Below, piece by piece: positions 1 through 9,468 of a DNA stretch of 37,091 nt. The stretch is taken from IMG/VR virus record IMGVR_UViG_3300020044_007975, positions 1 to 37,091 of that record. The stretch is one strand, 5' to 3'. Both the position numbers and the translations under genes were made by a program. Each line of letters begins with the position of its first letter. The first letter of the stretch is position 1. The DNA comes from a virus (taxonomy: Duplodnaviria > Caudoviricetes). The notes beneath the pieces were generated by a model. That model made no database searches, was not told where the DNA came from, and saw only the letters and a list, made by a program, of their open reading frames with translations.

Positions 1-1
1 T

Positions 2-259
2 TGCATTGCTTGCCACCTGGATGGGATTAAAAATACGTACGTTTCAATACACCATTGTGATGGCAGGACAAAACCTGGGGCGCACATGAAAGTATTGGCG
101 TTATGCAACGGACACCACCAATCAGGCAACAAGTACCCAAATCGAGAAGGAGAACCGTACCCAAGCATACATCCATGGAAAAAACGATTTGAAACTAAGT
201 ACGGGACACAACAAGAGCTTATCGAACTCACAAATAGGCTGGTTTATGGAAAAATATAG
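2..259 (+). CDS. ref: Ref-family recombination-enhancement (RecA-dependent) HNH-like nuclease, 5'-truncated
   Basis: Manual translation CIACHLDG...IHHCDGRTKPGAHMKVLALCNGHHQ...IHPWKKRFETKYGTQQELI..*; CxxC/HH/CxxHH pattern of the Ref family. Confidence 0.8.
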   Translation, partial: CIACHLDGIKNTYVSIHHCDGRTKPGAHMKVLALCNGHHQSGNKYPNREGEPYPSIHPWKKRFETKYGTQQELIELTNRLVYGKI

Positions 260-454
260 CGTAAATTTGCCATGTTCAGAAAAAAACTTTTCAAGGCAAT
301 ACGGTTGGGTAGGTTAAATCAAAATATTGTTAAAGTGCCGTTTTTATGCACAGTTTTTGCGATTACATAATTGAATAGAAAATTTAATAAGAGCTTGACA
401 AATAATATTGCAAGTGGTCAAATTAACGTAATTTTTATGTAAAGAGATGGATTT

Positions 455-829
455 ATGAATTTAAAAGATATTTATGGAGATTCTTTAACAAAGTCGATGT
501 TTTTCAATTCAACTTTTGACGGCTGTCAAATCATAGGCAAATACGCGAGAATTTCTTTGGAATTTGATGGAAACATCCCGGTACTGGATATTTGGCTAAC
601 GCCTAAAGGGAAAATGCGCGAAGGGTTCACTTCGAGAAAATTAACTTTTTTGCTTAAAAAATGGGTAGGGGAAGAAAAGTGGGTCGTTCTGGATGGTGAA
701 GCATGGTGCAAGTCAAGGGAATTAAGCAGTGTAAACAATAACTTAAAAATTCTTGGACTTAAAAAGAAACCTGTTGTGACAGAAGAAACAAAGGCGATTA
801 GGCTAATGGCATTGAAACGAGCCAGATGA
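455..829 (+). CDS. Hypothetical protein with basic C-terminus
   Basis: 124-aa ORF, TTGACA upstream, ATGA overlap with next gene. Confidence 0.7.
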   Translation: MNLKDIYGDSLTKSMFFNSTFDGCQIIGKYARISLEFDGNIPVLDIWLTPKGKMREGFTSRKLTFLLKKWVGEEKWVVLDGEAWCKSRELSSVNNNLKILGLKKKPVVTEETKAIRLMALKRAR

Positions 830-1233
830 TTTGCCAAAAATGTAACGCAGAAATAAAAGTTAGCAGGTCTACCGCCCAGAACTCCCTTATGTGGGCTTGG
901 CTAAGCGACATGGAAAGTTCTATCGTCAATGAATATGCAGGAAATTCCGTTGAATGGTGGCACAGAGAAATGAAATACCGTTACCTTTGCCCGATATTCA
1001 TTCGTGATGATCCTGGATACTCAGAAATGGTTACGGTATTAAACGACATCAAGGACATAGACGGCTACGAGCAACTAAGAGACGGCATTATTAACCTGAC
1101 ATCAACGACTAAGTGCAGCGTTGAACAATTTAGTGAATACTTGGGCAAGATTGAGAAATACTGCCATGAGCGGGGTATTTCGCTAAGAACAGATAGTGGC
1201 AGTTTGTATCAATTAGCAATGGGTGAGAAATGA
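826..1233 (+). CDS. ninB: NinB/YbcN-family recombination protein
   Basis: RSTAQNSLMWAWL and STTKCSVEQFSEYLGKIE motifs; nin-region position. Confidence 0.75.
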   Translation: MICQKCNAEIKVSRSTAQNSLMWAWLSDMESSIVNEYAGNSVEWWHREMKYRYLCPIFIRDDPGYSEMVTVLNDIKDIDGYEQLRDGIINLTSTTKCSVEQFSEYLGKIEKYCHERGISLRTDSGSLYQLAMGEK

Positions 1234-1529
1234 AAACATTTGAAGAATATAATAATTCTATTGTTGCGCCAATCTTAGCTAGGCAGCAACATTTTGATAA
1301 AAGAACAATAAATTTTACCTATGACAGCATGAAAGATTGCTGGAATGCAGCCACCGAAGCCATGCAAGCTAAACTAGACGCTAAGGACAAAGAACTGGAA
1401 GTATTTAGAAATTTTGCCAATGAAGTTATTTCAGAATGCTACAAACACTCAAATATTTGGTTTTTGCCAAAAGTTTATAATCTTATCGACGAAAACGGAA
1501 ACCCAACAAAACTACTTACAGGTGAATAA
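1230..1529 (+). CDS. Hypothetical protein
   Basis: 99-aa ORF with ATGA overlap; shares KLDAKDKELE with next gene. Confidence 0.7.
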   Translation: MKTFEEYNNSIVAPILARQQHFDKRTINFTYDSMKDCWNAATEAMQAKLDAKDKELEVFRNFANEVISECYKHSNIWFLPKVYNLIDENGNPTKLLTGE

Positions 1530-1532
1530 AAT

Positions 1533-1793
1533 ATGGATAATCAAGATTACATTGTCTTAAGAAATACAAAAAAAGAAGACGAATATAGTGCTGCTCATGA
1601 TTTGGATAATAAGGTTGATGAGCTGCAAGAAAAGTTAGACGCTAAGGATAAAGAACTGGAAGCTTTACGTGGGTTTGCTCAAGATTACCTTGATGATTTG
1701 ATAAATGATTGCAGTTATCGGGATGCGGCTAAAGAAGCTGGTTTCCAGGCGTATATTGACCGCCTTAAGGCAATTCTTACGGCGGACAAATGA
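1533..1793 (+). CDS. Hypothetical protein
   Basis: 86-aa ORF 3 nt after previous stop. Confidence 0.7.
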   Translation: MDNQDYIVLRNTKKEDEYSAAHDLDNKVDELQEKLDAKDKELEALRGFAQDYLDDLINDCSYRDAAKEAGFQAYIDRLKAILTADK

Positions 1794-1872
1794 TAATTTG
1801 CTTTGAATTTGAAGAATATATGTATAAAGAAGAAGCGCGAAAACAGGTTATGGAGTTTTTGGTGGGTGGTTG

Positions 1873-2529
1873 ATGTTAGATAAATTACAAGCACTGTTTC
1901 CAAGGCATTACCGGAGCGGCGATATATTGCTAATTAATGCCGATTGCATGGATGTAATGTCGGCTATGGGGGATAAGTGCGTGGATTTGGCTTGCGTAGA
2001 CCCGCCTTATGGGATTGATATAAATTCAAGCGGTAGATTAGGATGGATAGGAGGTAATAAGTCATGGGATTTGGAAATACCAAACGATAAATATTTTAAA
2101 GAACTTGATAGATTGTCACATAATAAAATAATTTGGGGAGGTAATTATTTTAATTTACCGTCTACCAGATGTTTTTTAATATGGGATAAGCAGCAACCAG
2201 AAGATGTAAGCTTTGCAAGTTGCGAATATGCTTGGACTTCGTTTGATAAATCAGCAAAAACATATTATCAACGACCACAAAATTTAGATAAAGGGCGCAT
2301 ACACCCAACCCAAAAGCCCGTAAAGTTATACGAATGGATATTACTCAACTACGCAAAACCAGGACAAACAATCATGGACACGCATCTTGGTTCAGCATCA
2401 TCGGCAATAGCCGCGCATTACTTTGGCTGCACGTTTGTCGGCGTTGAACTGGACGAGGATTACTTTGCCGCAAGCGTTGAGCGTTTTAAGCTGGCAACGG
2501 CTCAGACTGATTTAATGGATTTTGCTTGA
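1873..2529 (+). CDS. Orphan N6-adenine/N4-cytosine DNA methyltransferase (beta class)
   Basis: DPPY motif, HPTQKP, then SAM-binding DTHLGSASS and GVELD. Confidence 0.92.
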   Translation: MLDKLQALFPRHYRSGDILLINADCMDVMSAMGDKCVDLACVDPPYGIDINSSGRLGWIGGNKSWDLEIPNDKYFKELDRLSHNKIIWGGNYFNLPSTRCFLIWDKQQPEDVSFASCEYAWTSFDKSAKTYYQRPQNLDKGRIHPTQKPVKLYEWILLNYAKPGQTIMDTHLGSASSAIAAHYFGCTFVGVELDEDYFAASVERFKLATAQTDLMDFA

Positions 2530-2553
2530 CTTAATCTGTGTATGTGCTAGTAT
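2526..2553 (+). promoter_or_regulatory. Sigma70-like promoter
   Basis: TTGACT-16 nt-TAGTAT with extended -10 TG. Confidence 0.55.
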
Positions 2554-2557
2554 TTAC

Positions 2558-3110
2558 CTATCGTACATCGTGGTGGTGTACGGCTTAACGGGCGGCAGTG
2601 TGTATAGTAAGCACACCATTATTTTGTATCCGGCCTGTTATGCAAATTAATGACTTACCAGGCCGCCTTTAAGTATATATACCTAAGAAAGCCCGATTCA
2701 TTAATTTGTTTTGGGCTTTTTTTATGCCCGAAGGTTTACCCCTAACTGACAGGTAGAAAAGGCAGCCCCGGCTTGGTTCAGCGAACAGGGGGGAATGCAG
2801 GACGGGTTTGAGCCGACCGCTCCCTTAAACAAGGAGGCAAATAGCACTCAAAACTGGTATGTCGTTCGGGTTTGTCACGATTCCCTAGGCATCAGACGGG
2901 AGATGGATTTCCCAGTGGTCTTGTCGTAACCATGCGTTTACAGATGGCGCGAATGCGATGTGCTAGGACAATGCTCTTTTTTCCCCCGCGAGATGCGGCT
3001 GACGTGATAAGTGTCCTTTATAATTTTCTGCATTCCGTGATTGGCAGGTAGGCACATTATGTCTATCCTGCCAGATGAGGTTCTAGTGATACCTATGCTC
3101 AAAATTTAGG
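2558..3110 (+). ncRNA. Candidate large structured non-coding RNA or origin region
   Basis: No ORF of 60 aa or more; many hairpins with G-U pairs on + strand; long-range stem 2792-2802/3026-3036. Confidence 0.45.
2685..2723 (+). terminator. Rho-independent terminator or attenuator
   Basis: AAAGCCCGA...TTGGGCTTTTTTT stem plus T7 run. Confidence 0.65.
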
Positions 3111-3123
3111 TAATTGGTGAAAA

Positions 3124-3345
3124 ATGGCAAAGACAGCTTATAGCAAATGCGTAAAGTGCGGGACTAAAGTTAAATGGCTTCAAGTTAACGGCAGATGGCA
3201 GCTTAAAAATAATGATGATGGGCAAGACCATTGGGATTTGTGCAGAGAGATAACCCGTAAAAATGAATCGCCTGAACCTGTATTTATTGGCAGGACTGGG
3301 CAGCATAATGTCATTAAGGCATTCGATGGGCTTCCCTGGGAATAA
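3124..3345 (+). CDS. Small Cys/His hypothetical protein
   Basis: CxxCG...HWDLC; GGTGA RBS. Confidence 0.7.
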   Translation: MAKTAYSKCVKCGTKVKWLQVNGRWQLKNNDDGQDHWDLCREITRKNESPEPVFIGRTGQHNVIKAFDGLPWE

Positions 3346-3352
3346 TAAATTA

Positions 3353-3724
3353 ATGACAGAAACCAAGCCAAAGTACAAAGCAAGCAAGTACCGTAACGTA
3401 AAGACAACGGTTGACGGCATAACTTACGACAGCGCAAAAGAAGCAAGGCGGCATCAAGAGCTATTGTTAATGGAAAGAGCAGGGTTAATACATGGATTGG
3501 AGCGTCAAAAACCTTTTGTTTTGGTAAAATCTGTTGTTCTCGATGGCCGAAAAAAACCAGCGATTAGGTATTTTGCAGACTTTTATTATCGGATATGCGT
3601 TAACGGGGAATATAGCCTTTTCGTCGAGGACACAAAAAGTCCAATAACTCGAAAAGACCCGCTTTATCGTGCTAAAAAGCACATGATGAAAGCCTTTCAT
3701 GATATTGAAATAACAGAGGTTTGA
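3353..3724 (+). CDS. DUF1064-family PD-(D/E)xK endonuclease
   Basis: SKYRNVKTTVDGITYDSAKEARR, Y.ADF.Y, VEDTK; start moved to ATG 3353. Confidence 0.88.
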   Translation: MTETKPKYKASKYRNVKTTVDGITYDSAKEARRHQELLLMERAGLIHGLERQKPFVLVKSVVLDGRKKPAIRYFADFYYRICVNGEYSLFVEDTKSPITRKDPLYRAKKHMMKAFHDIEITEV

Positions 3725-3770
3725 GAAAGGAAGTCAATTTGTGACTTATGTCACACTAAGTAATATTACC

Positions 3771-3788
3771 TATTGCAAGAATGCAATA
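3771..3788. promoter_or_regulatory. Palindromic operator overlapping a promoter
   Basis: TATTGC-AAGAAT-GCAATA; same half-sites at 34796-34813. Confidence 0.6.
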
Positions 3789-3806
3789 ATCTGTTATTCT
3801 TATACC

Positions 3807-3857
3807 GTGGCTTAGGCTTAGCGGCTGAACACCTGGATACACCTGCCAGGCCGCCAC
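3807..3857 (+). ncRNA. c4-antisense-like structured leader RNA
   Basis: GTGGC/GCCAC closing stem, two inner hairpins, loop CACCTG complementary to CAGGTG at 3866-3871. Confidence 0.5.
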
Positions 3858-3891
3858 ATTTTCTACAGGTGATATTTTTTGAGGTGAAAAA

Positions 3892-4257
3892 ATGATAAGT
3901 GAAAGATTAAAACAGCTAGTAGCAGAAGAAGCAAAGAGCTTAATGGAGTATGCAACAGTTGAAGAAAGAAATAAATTAAATTTTAAGGAATTAAAACCTA
4001 ACTATATTACATCATGTATTTATGGGCAGATGACGGGGGGCTGCAGGAATGTTAGGGCGGTTGAATTGCTTAACCAATGTGCAAAGCCTTATTCGAGGCA
4101 GCTTTTAAGGCATTCTAAGCCATTAAATAATAAAGAATTTGATGTGGACAGTTTTTATTTCTATTCACCGATAGAGTGTTATATAAACAAGAATGAAGCA
4201 AAAAATGAAAGCCTAATCTCTTACCTGCGTGGTGAGACTGATAATCTTAAGTTGTGA
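3892..4257 (+). CDS. Hypothetical protein
   Basis: 121-aa ORF, GAGGTG RBS; CIYGQMTG motif. Confidence 0.8.
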   Translation: MISERLKQLVAEEAKSLMEYATVEERNKLNFKELKPNYITSCIYGQMTGGCRNVRAVELLNQCAKPYSRQLLRHSKPLNNKEFDVDSFYFYSPIECYINKNEAKNESLISYLRGETDNLKL

Positions 4258-4274
4258 TTTTTTGAGGTGAAAAA

Positions 4275-4475
4275 ATGACAAATGATTTATCCACCGAAGC
4301 GACAACGATTGGGCGGATGACGCATTTCTATTGCTCGGTGTGTGATGCTATACGGCCTGTGTTATTTGAGGGAGCATGTCACGAAGATAAGTCGGGTCTT
4401 TTTGTCGGCGGTGATGTTATGTGTACCGTGTGTCCACACATTATTGCGACTGTGTACATTAGGAACAGTAATTAA
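4275..4475 (+). CDS. Small zinc-finger-like protein
   Basis: CSVC and CTVC pairs; GAGGTG RBS. Confidence 0.7.
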   Translation: MTNDLSTEATTIGRMTHFYCSVCDAIRPVLFEGACHEDKSGLFVGGDVMCTVCPHIIATVYIRNSN

Positions 4476-4504
4476 TTAAATTTAATATTTTTTGAGGTGA
4501 AAAA

Positions 4505-5116
4505 ATGAAAATATTTACAGCAATATTAATAACATGGGTTATGTGTCTTGTGGTTGGCGTGGCTAATGCCGATGTAATCATGCAAGACATGTCAGGCCAA
4601 CAATGGCGTAACAGCCAATACCAAGAACAAGAATACGAGCGCAGGCAGGCGCAGGCGTTGGAACGTATGGCGCAACAGCCGCAACCGGATCAGCTTAACC
4701 AGTCTACACCAATGTACCCTAATGGCAACATAAGCAGAATCCCGCCGGTTATCGAAAATAACGACGATGGGTATTATGCCGCTTATGTGGCGGCGGCTAT
4801 AGCCAAGAAAAATAAACCTAATATTGAATTGTTTAGCTATGTGCCAACACCAAAACCAGGTGATCTTGTGATGGACTATAGCAATGGCGTTAAATTAGTG
4901 GTTTGGTTAAGCGAAGGGTTTATAAAAGACGATATTGGAAAATCAATAGCGGTTACTTCTGGGGTAATCGGTGCTGACAATAAAGGTCACGCAGAACAAT
5001 ATGCTTATGGTTGTGACAATCATTTGATAGTGTACGGGCATAAGCAAAAGATTTTAGATGAAGGCAGTCCAACTCGCGTTATGTTTGATGAGGTTTGCCG
5101 GAAATACGGGCTTTAA
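4505..5116 (+). CDS. Exported hypothetical protein
   Basis: Signal peptide MKIFTAIL...ANA; GAGGTG RBS. Confidence 0.8.
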   Translation: MKIFTAILITWVMCLVVGVANADVIMQDMSGQQWRNSQYQEQEYERRQAQALERMAQQPQPDQLNQSTPMYPNGNISRIPPVIENNDDGYYAAYVAAAIAKKNKPNIELFSYVPTPKPGDLVMDYSNGVKLVVWLSEGFIKDDIGKSIAVTSGVIGADNKGHAEQYAYGCDNHLIVYGHKQKILDEGSPTRVMFDEVCRKYGL

Positions 5117-5123
5117 TTGTTGA

Positions 5124-5157
5124 TAATAAGTTGATTTTAGGTTATAAGTTATTGATA
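5124..5157 (-). promoter_or_regulatory. Two IHF-consensus sites upstream of terS
   Basis: AATCAACTTATTA (5124-5136) and TATCAATAACTTA (5145-5157) match WATCAANNNNTTR. Confidence 0.5.
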
Positions 5158-5190
5158 TTATAAGTAGACGGAAAAAATTAACGCTTATCA

Positions 5191-5499
5191 ATGGCTAATA
5201 ATCAAAAATACACGGAAGCAAAAAGCACAGTTGCCAAACATCAGGCTTGGCGCGATGCAATTGCTACAACTCAGATAATCAATAGGTTAAATGGTTTTGC
5301 GTTGGGTGCTGGACTTGAACCAAGAACCAAAAAGCCTATTGAGATGACTCCAGCGCAAATCAAGGCGGCGGAAATATTGTTGAAAAAAACATTGCCTGAC
5401 TTAAAGCAAATTGAGCATACCGGCGAAGGTGGCGGGCCGTTGATAGTTCAGATAGTCCAATATGGGACACTGGATGAAAATCAAAACGCTAATTTGTAA
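5191..5499 (+). CDS. terS: Terminase small subunit
   Basis: MTPAQIKAAEILLKKTLPDLKQIEHTGEGGGP; directly upstream of terL. Confidence 0.85.
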   Translation: MANNQKYTEAKSTVAKHQAWRDAIATTQIINRLNGFALGAGLEPRTKKPIEMTPAQIKAAEILLKKTLPDLKQIEHTGEGGGPLIVQIVQYGTLDENQNANL

Positions 5500-6908
5500 T
5501 GCCTGTTATCCAACTGCCCAACAAATGGAGACCACGTGCCTATCAGCTTCCGTTATGGGATTACCTTGAGAAAGGTGGTCGTCATGCAGAAGCTGTGTGG
5601 CACCGATGACGAAGGGCAGGGAAAGACGACGTTTGTTTGCATTGGGCGGCCATATCAGCTTTTAAGAGGAAAGCTAACTATTGGCATTGTCTGCCTGAAG
5701 CCGCCCAAGCTAGAAAGGCGATATGGAAAGCTATTAACCCACATACCGGCATATTACGCATAGATGAGGCATTTCCGCATGAGTTGAGAAAATCAACAAA
5801 TGATACGGAAATGTTAATAACGTTTAAAAATGGTTCATCGTGGCAAGTTGTTGGCTCAGACAATTTTAATTCTTTAGTCGGTTCTGCCCCTGCTGGAATA
5901 GTTTATTCAGAATGGGCGTTGGCCAATCCCAATGCCAGAGCGTATTTACGCCCGATTATCGCAGAGAATAATGGCTGGCAGTTGTTTATCACTACTCCAA
6001 GGGGCAGAAACCACGCCCATACAACCTATAAATCAGCAAAAAATGACCCGAAAGCTTTTGCACAGATATTAACGGCAAAAGATACCGGAGTTTTTAGCGA
6101 AGAGAGGTTACAGGAAGAGCTAGGGAACTATATTTCAGAATTTGGCGAAGAATACGGGACAGCAAAGTTTGAGCAGGAATACTTATGTTCATTCTCAGCC
6201 GCCAACATTGGAGCTATTCTTGCTAGGAACGTTGACAAGCTTGAACGCATGGGCAGGATAAATGACGATGTTGCTTACGATCCGATGGGCAGCGATATAT
6301 TCATCAGTGCTGATATTGGCAGACGTGACACGGCCACTTGGTATTTTTGGCAGCCTAAAATTGGCGGGTATTCCATCATAGACCATGATTCAGGGTTTGG
6401 CATTGATGCGGAGGATTGGTGCGAAAGAATAGCGGCCAGGCTTGCAAAATATGTAAAGGACAATGGCAAAAGTGCGCTTGGTGTAATTTATTTGCCACAT
6501 GACGCGAAGGCCAAGACATTTGCGGCGAAATATTCAGCGCAAGAAGTCTTTGCCCGGTTCTTTGGCTGGGATAAGATTAGGATAACGCCTAATAGCTCAA
6601 TATCTGACAGGATTAATGCGGCGCGTACTGTCATTATGAAATGCGAATTTCATGAAACCAATTGTCAAACCGGTCTCGATGGTTTGCGTGGGTGGTCTTA
6701 TGAATACGATGAAGAAAATAAAGTGCTGAGCACATTACCGAAGCACGATTTTTTTTCACACGAAGGCGATGGATTTTCTTACGGATGCGTTATTATCAAC
6801 ACATATAAACCAGAGCCAAAGAAATCAACAAAGGTTAAATATTGGGAAAATATGACCGTTGATGAGCTTTGGGCGGAAACTAATCGAGCAAAGGAAAGTA
6901 GAATTTGA
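5499..6908 (+). CDS. terL: Terminase large subunit, interrupted by in-frame TGA at 5607-5609
   Basis: MPVIQLPNKWRPRAYQ...VWHR*RRAGKDD, Walker B-like IVYSEW, TTPRG, nuclease DIG and LPHD; TAATG overlap with terS. Confidence 0.93.
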
Positions 6909-6962
6909 CATAATTCAACACTTTATGTTAAATAGTAGTCTATATGCCACTATAGGTTGTGT

Positions 6963-9233
6963 ATGGAATCTACTAGCACCACAATATCTGAAAGAACTCC
7001 CTCAAAACCGTGGCTTGATGAGCTTAAACGCTACGAGAAAAAATATGAGAAGTTTTCAACTAACGGCAAACACGTTATTGACCGTTTTAGGGGCGAAGCC
7101 CGCACCGAGCTAGGCTCACGCTTCAACATCCTCCGCGCTAATGTAGCGACATTAAAGCCCGCACTATACGCGCAACCGCCTAAGCCTGTTGTTTCCAGGC
7201 GTTTCAAAGACAAAACCCCTGCCGCACGGATGGCAAGCACTATTTTAGAGCGATGCCTTGATTATGAGATTACCAACTATTGCGATTATGACAGCGCGTT
7301 AAGCAATGCGGTTATTGATAGGTTGTTGCCTGGTCGTGGTGTGGCGTGGGTGCGTTACGAGCCAATCGCTCAAGACCAGGAAACTCAGATTACCGAGGAC
7401 GTTGAGGAAGGCTCAGGCTATGAAAATGAGGACTCTAACGCTATTGCAGGCCAAGAAGAGCCATTAATCGAGCTGGTATCTGAAACCACGCCATGTGATT
7501 ACGTGTACTGGAAAGATTTTGCCCACAATGCCAATGCGAGGACGTGGGAAGAAGTCGTATGGGTTGCAAGAAAGGTCTGTATTGAAAAAGGCGCGGGTGT
7601 TGAGCGGTTTGGCGATGTGTTCAAGCTGTTGCCGCCTGCAAAGCATGAAGATGATAAGCAAGATGAGAAAACCCAGTCAAATTATTCAAATATATGGGAA
7701 ATATGGCATAAACCAACAAAAAAGGTGCATTGGGTATGCGAGGGTTTTGACTACGAACTGGACAGCAAGGACGACCCATTAGGATTAAAAGAGTTTTTCC
7801 CATGCCCTAAACCGTTATATTCGGCATTGACCACAGATAGCCTTATTCCCCGTCCTGATTATTCGCTGTACCAAGACCAGGCCAACGAGCTAGATCGAGT
7901 GACGGCGAAAATTACCGATTTGGTGACTAGCCTGGAAATGAAGGGCTTTTATGCTAAGGAAGCAACTGGGCTAGCTAACCTGTTAAGCCCGGATAACAAT
8001 ACCAAAATGATTCCGCTTGATAATTGGGCGGCATTGGCTGAGAAGGGCGGCATTGGCGGCATGGTAGATTTTGTGCCATTAGACCCGCAAATTAAGGCAT
8101 TGGCGCAGTTATATCAGCAACGTGACTCATTAATTGAAGTCATTTACCAATTATCGGGCATATCTGACATTCAGCGCGGCTCAGGTGACCCGAATGAAAC
8201 CGCAACAGCGCAGCAGATAAAGGCGCAGTTTTCTAGCATCCGACTTGGCGAAATGAAACAGGACGTGGCGCGGTTTGCGCGTGATCTGCTTAGAATGAAG
8301 GCTGAAGTCATGGCCGAGAAGTACCAACCACAAACATTGGTTGAAATGTCTGGAGTTCAGGCATTGCCAGAAGTGCAGGAAAACCCGCAAATCTTGATGG
8401 AGGCTATTCAGTTATTGCAGAACGAACGGCTTAGGAATTTCAGCATTGACATTGAAAACGATACGTTGGTGGAAATGGATGAACGGGCAGAGCAGCAAGC
8501 AAGAACCGAGTTTTTAGGTGCATTAACGCCATTTATCGAAAAATCCATGATGATTGGTCAGCAATCCCCGCAAATGTTGCCGGTCATTAAAGAAATGATG
8601 CTTTTTGGTGTGCGCGGCTTTAAGGTTGGGCAATCAATGGAGTCAGTGTTAGAAAGCACGTTCGACCAGTTGGATGAAGAGCAAAAGCAAGCCGCTATGC
8701 AGCCGCCACAGCCTGACCCGGTGGAAATGCAAATACAGGCAGATCAGCAGGCAAAGCAGCTTGAGTTGCAAGCTAAGGCGCAAGAATCACAATTACGGAT
8801 GCAATCAGAACAACAGCGTTTCCAGTTGGACGAATCCAAGGCGATGAACGATGTACAAGTCAAACAAATGGACATACAGGCGCGTAATGAGCTTGAGATT
8901 CGCAAACTTGACCTTGAACGCTGGAAGGTTGAACGGCAAGAGCAGACTAAGCTATTAATTGCAAAAATGAACCATGAAAGCTCAGTACAGCTTGCCAACA
9001 TGAAGCCGGACGAGGTTACAGAGTACGACGACGAAGGCAACGAGAAGCCGAGACAAGTTGTCACCAGTATTGTTGAGCAAATCGCGGCAGCTAATGAAGG
9101 TCTAGTTAAACAGATTGCCGAAGTTAATCGGCAAATGCTGGAAACAGTAATTAAGAAAATGGATAGGCCTAAGGTGCTTGTTAAGGATGCCAACGGTAAT
9201 AAGATGGCGGTGCCAATAGATGAGGATGTGTAA
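6963..9233 (+). CDS. Portal protein (P22-like, long Gln-rich coiled-coil C-terminus)
   Basis: About 756 aa after terL; GRGVAWV, FFPCPKP, SGISDIQRG, ETATAQ motifs. Confidence 0.9.
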   Translation: MESTSTTISERTPSKPWLDELKRYEKKYEKFSTNGKHVIDRFRGEARTELGSRFNILRANVATLKPALYAQPPKPVVSRRFKDKTPAARMASTILERCLDYEITNYCDYDSALSNAVIDRLLPGRGVAWVRYEPIAQDQETQITEDVEEGSGYENEDSNAIAGQEEPLIELVSETTPCDYVYWKDFAHNANARTWEEVVWVARKVCIEKGAGVERFGDVFKLLPPAKHEDDKQDEKTQSNYSNIWEIWHKPTKKVHWVCEGFDYELDSKDDPLGLKEFFPCPKPLYSALTTDSLIPRPDYSLYQDQANELDRVTAKITDLVTSLEMKGFYAKEATGLANLLSPDNNTKMIPLDNWAALAEKGGIGGMVDFVPLDPQIKALAQLYQQRDSLIEVIYQLSGISDIQRGSGDPNETATAQQIKAQFSSIRLGEMKQDVARFARDLLRMKAEVMAEKYQPQTLVEMSGVQALPEVQENPQILMEAIQLLQNERLRNFSIDIENDTLVEMDERAEQQARTEFLGALTPFIEKSMMIGQQSPQMLPVIKEMMLFGVRGFKVGQSMESVLESTFDQLDEEQKQAAMQPPQPDPVEMQIQADQQAKQLELQAKAQESQLRMQSEQQRFQLDESKAMNDVQVKQMDIQARNELEIRKLDLERWKVERQEQTKLLIAKMNHESSVQLANMKPDEVTEYDDEGNEKPRQVVTSIVEQIAAANEGLVKQIAEVNRQMLETVIKKMDRPKVLVKDANGNKMAVPIDEDV

Positions 9234-9442
9234 TGATAAACTATAGACCTAGTGTTAAACCAGCATTAAATAGCTTATTAAATGAAGCTATTTTGGAAAA
9301 TCCAAACAAAAATATTCGCATTTTTGATAGCGACAATAATATTTTGATGGGCCATTGGGTTGGTAAAAACGTGGAAACAATATGTTTTAGAGCTATTGGC
9401 GATCTTTACGGTAAATATGGCAAATACTGTTCAGATAAATGA
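9233..9442 (+). CDS. Hypothetical AT-rich small protein
   Basis: TAATG overlap with portal stop. Confidence 0.55.
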   Translation: MINYRPSVKPALNSLLNEAILENPNKNIRIFDSDNNILMGHWVGKNVETICFRAIGDLYGKYGKYCSDK

Positions 9443-9468
9443 TGAATTAACAGAATAGGGGAAATAAC

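Larger units (their letters stand above)
3874..4508 (+). repeat. Three identical 22-bp RBS/start repeats
   Basis: ATTTTTTGAGGTGAAAAAATGA at 3874-3895, 4257-4278, 4487-4508. Confidence 0.95.

Noticed and set aside
5536-5763. 75-aa alternative-frame ORF as a frameshift route around the terL stop
   Set aside because: Both terL parts are in the same frame; no slippery site evident and two shifts would be needed.
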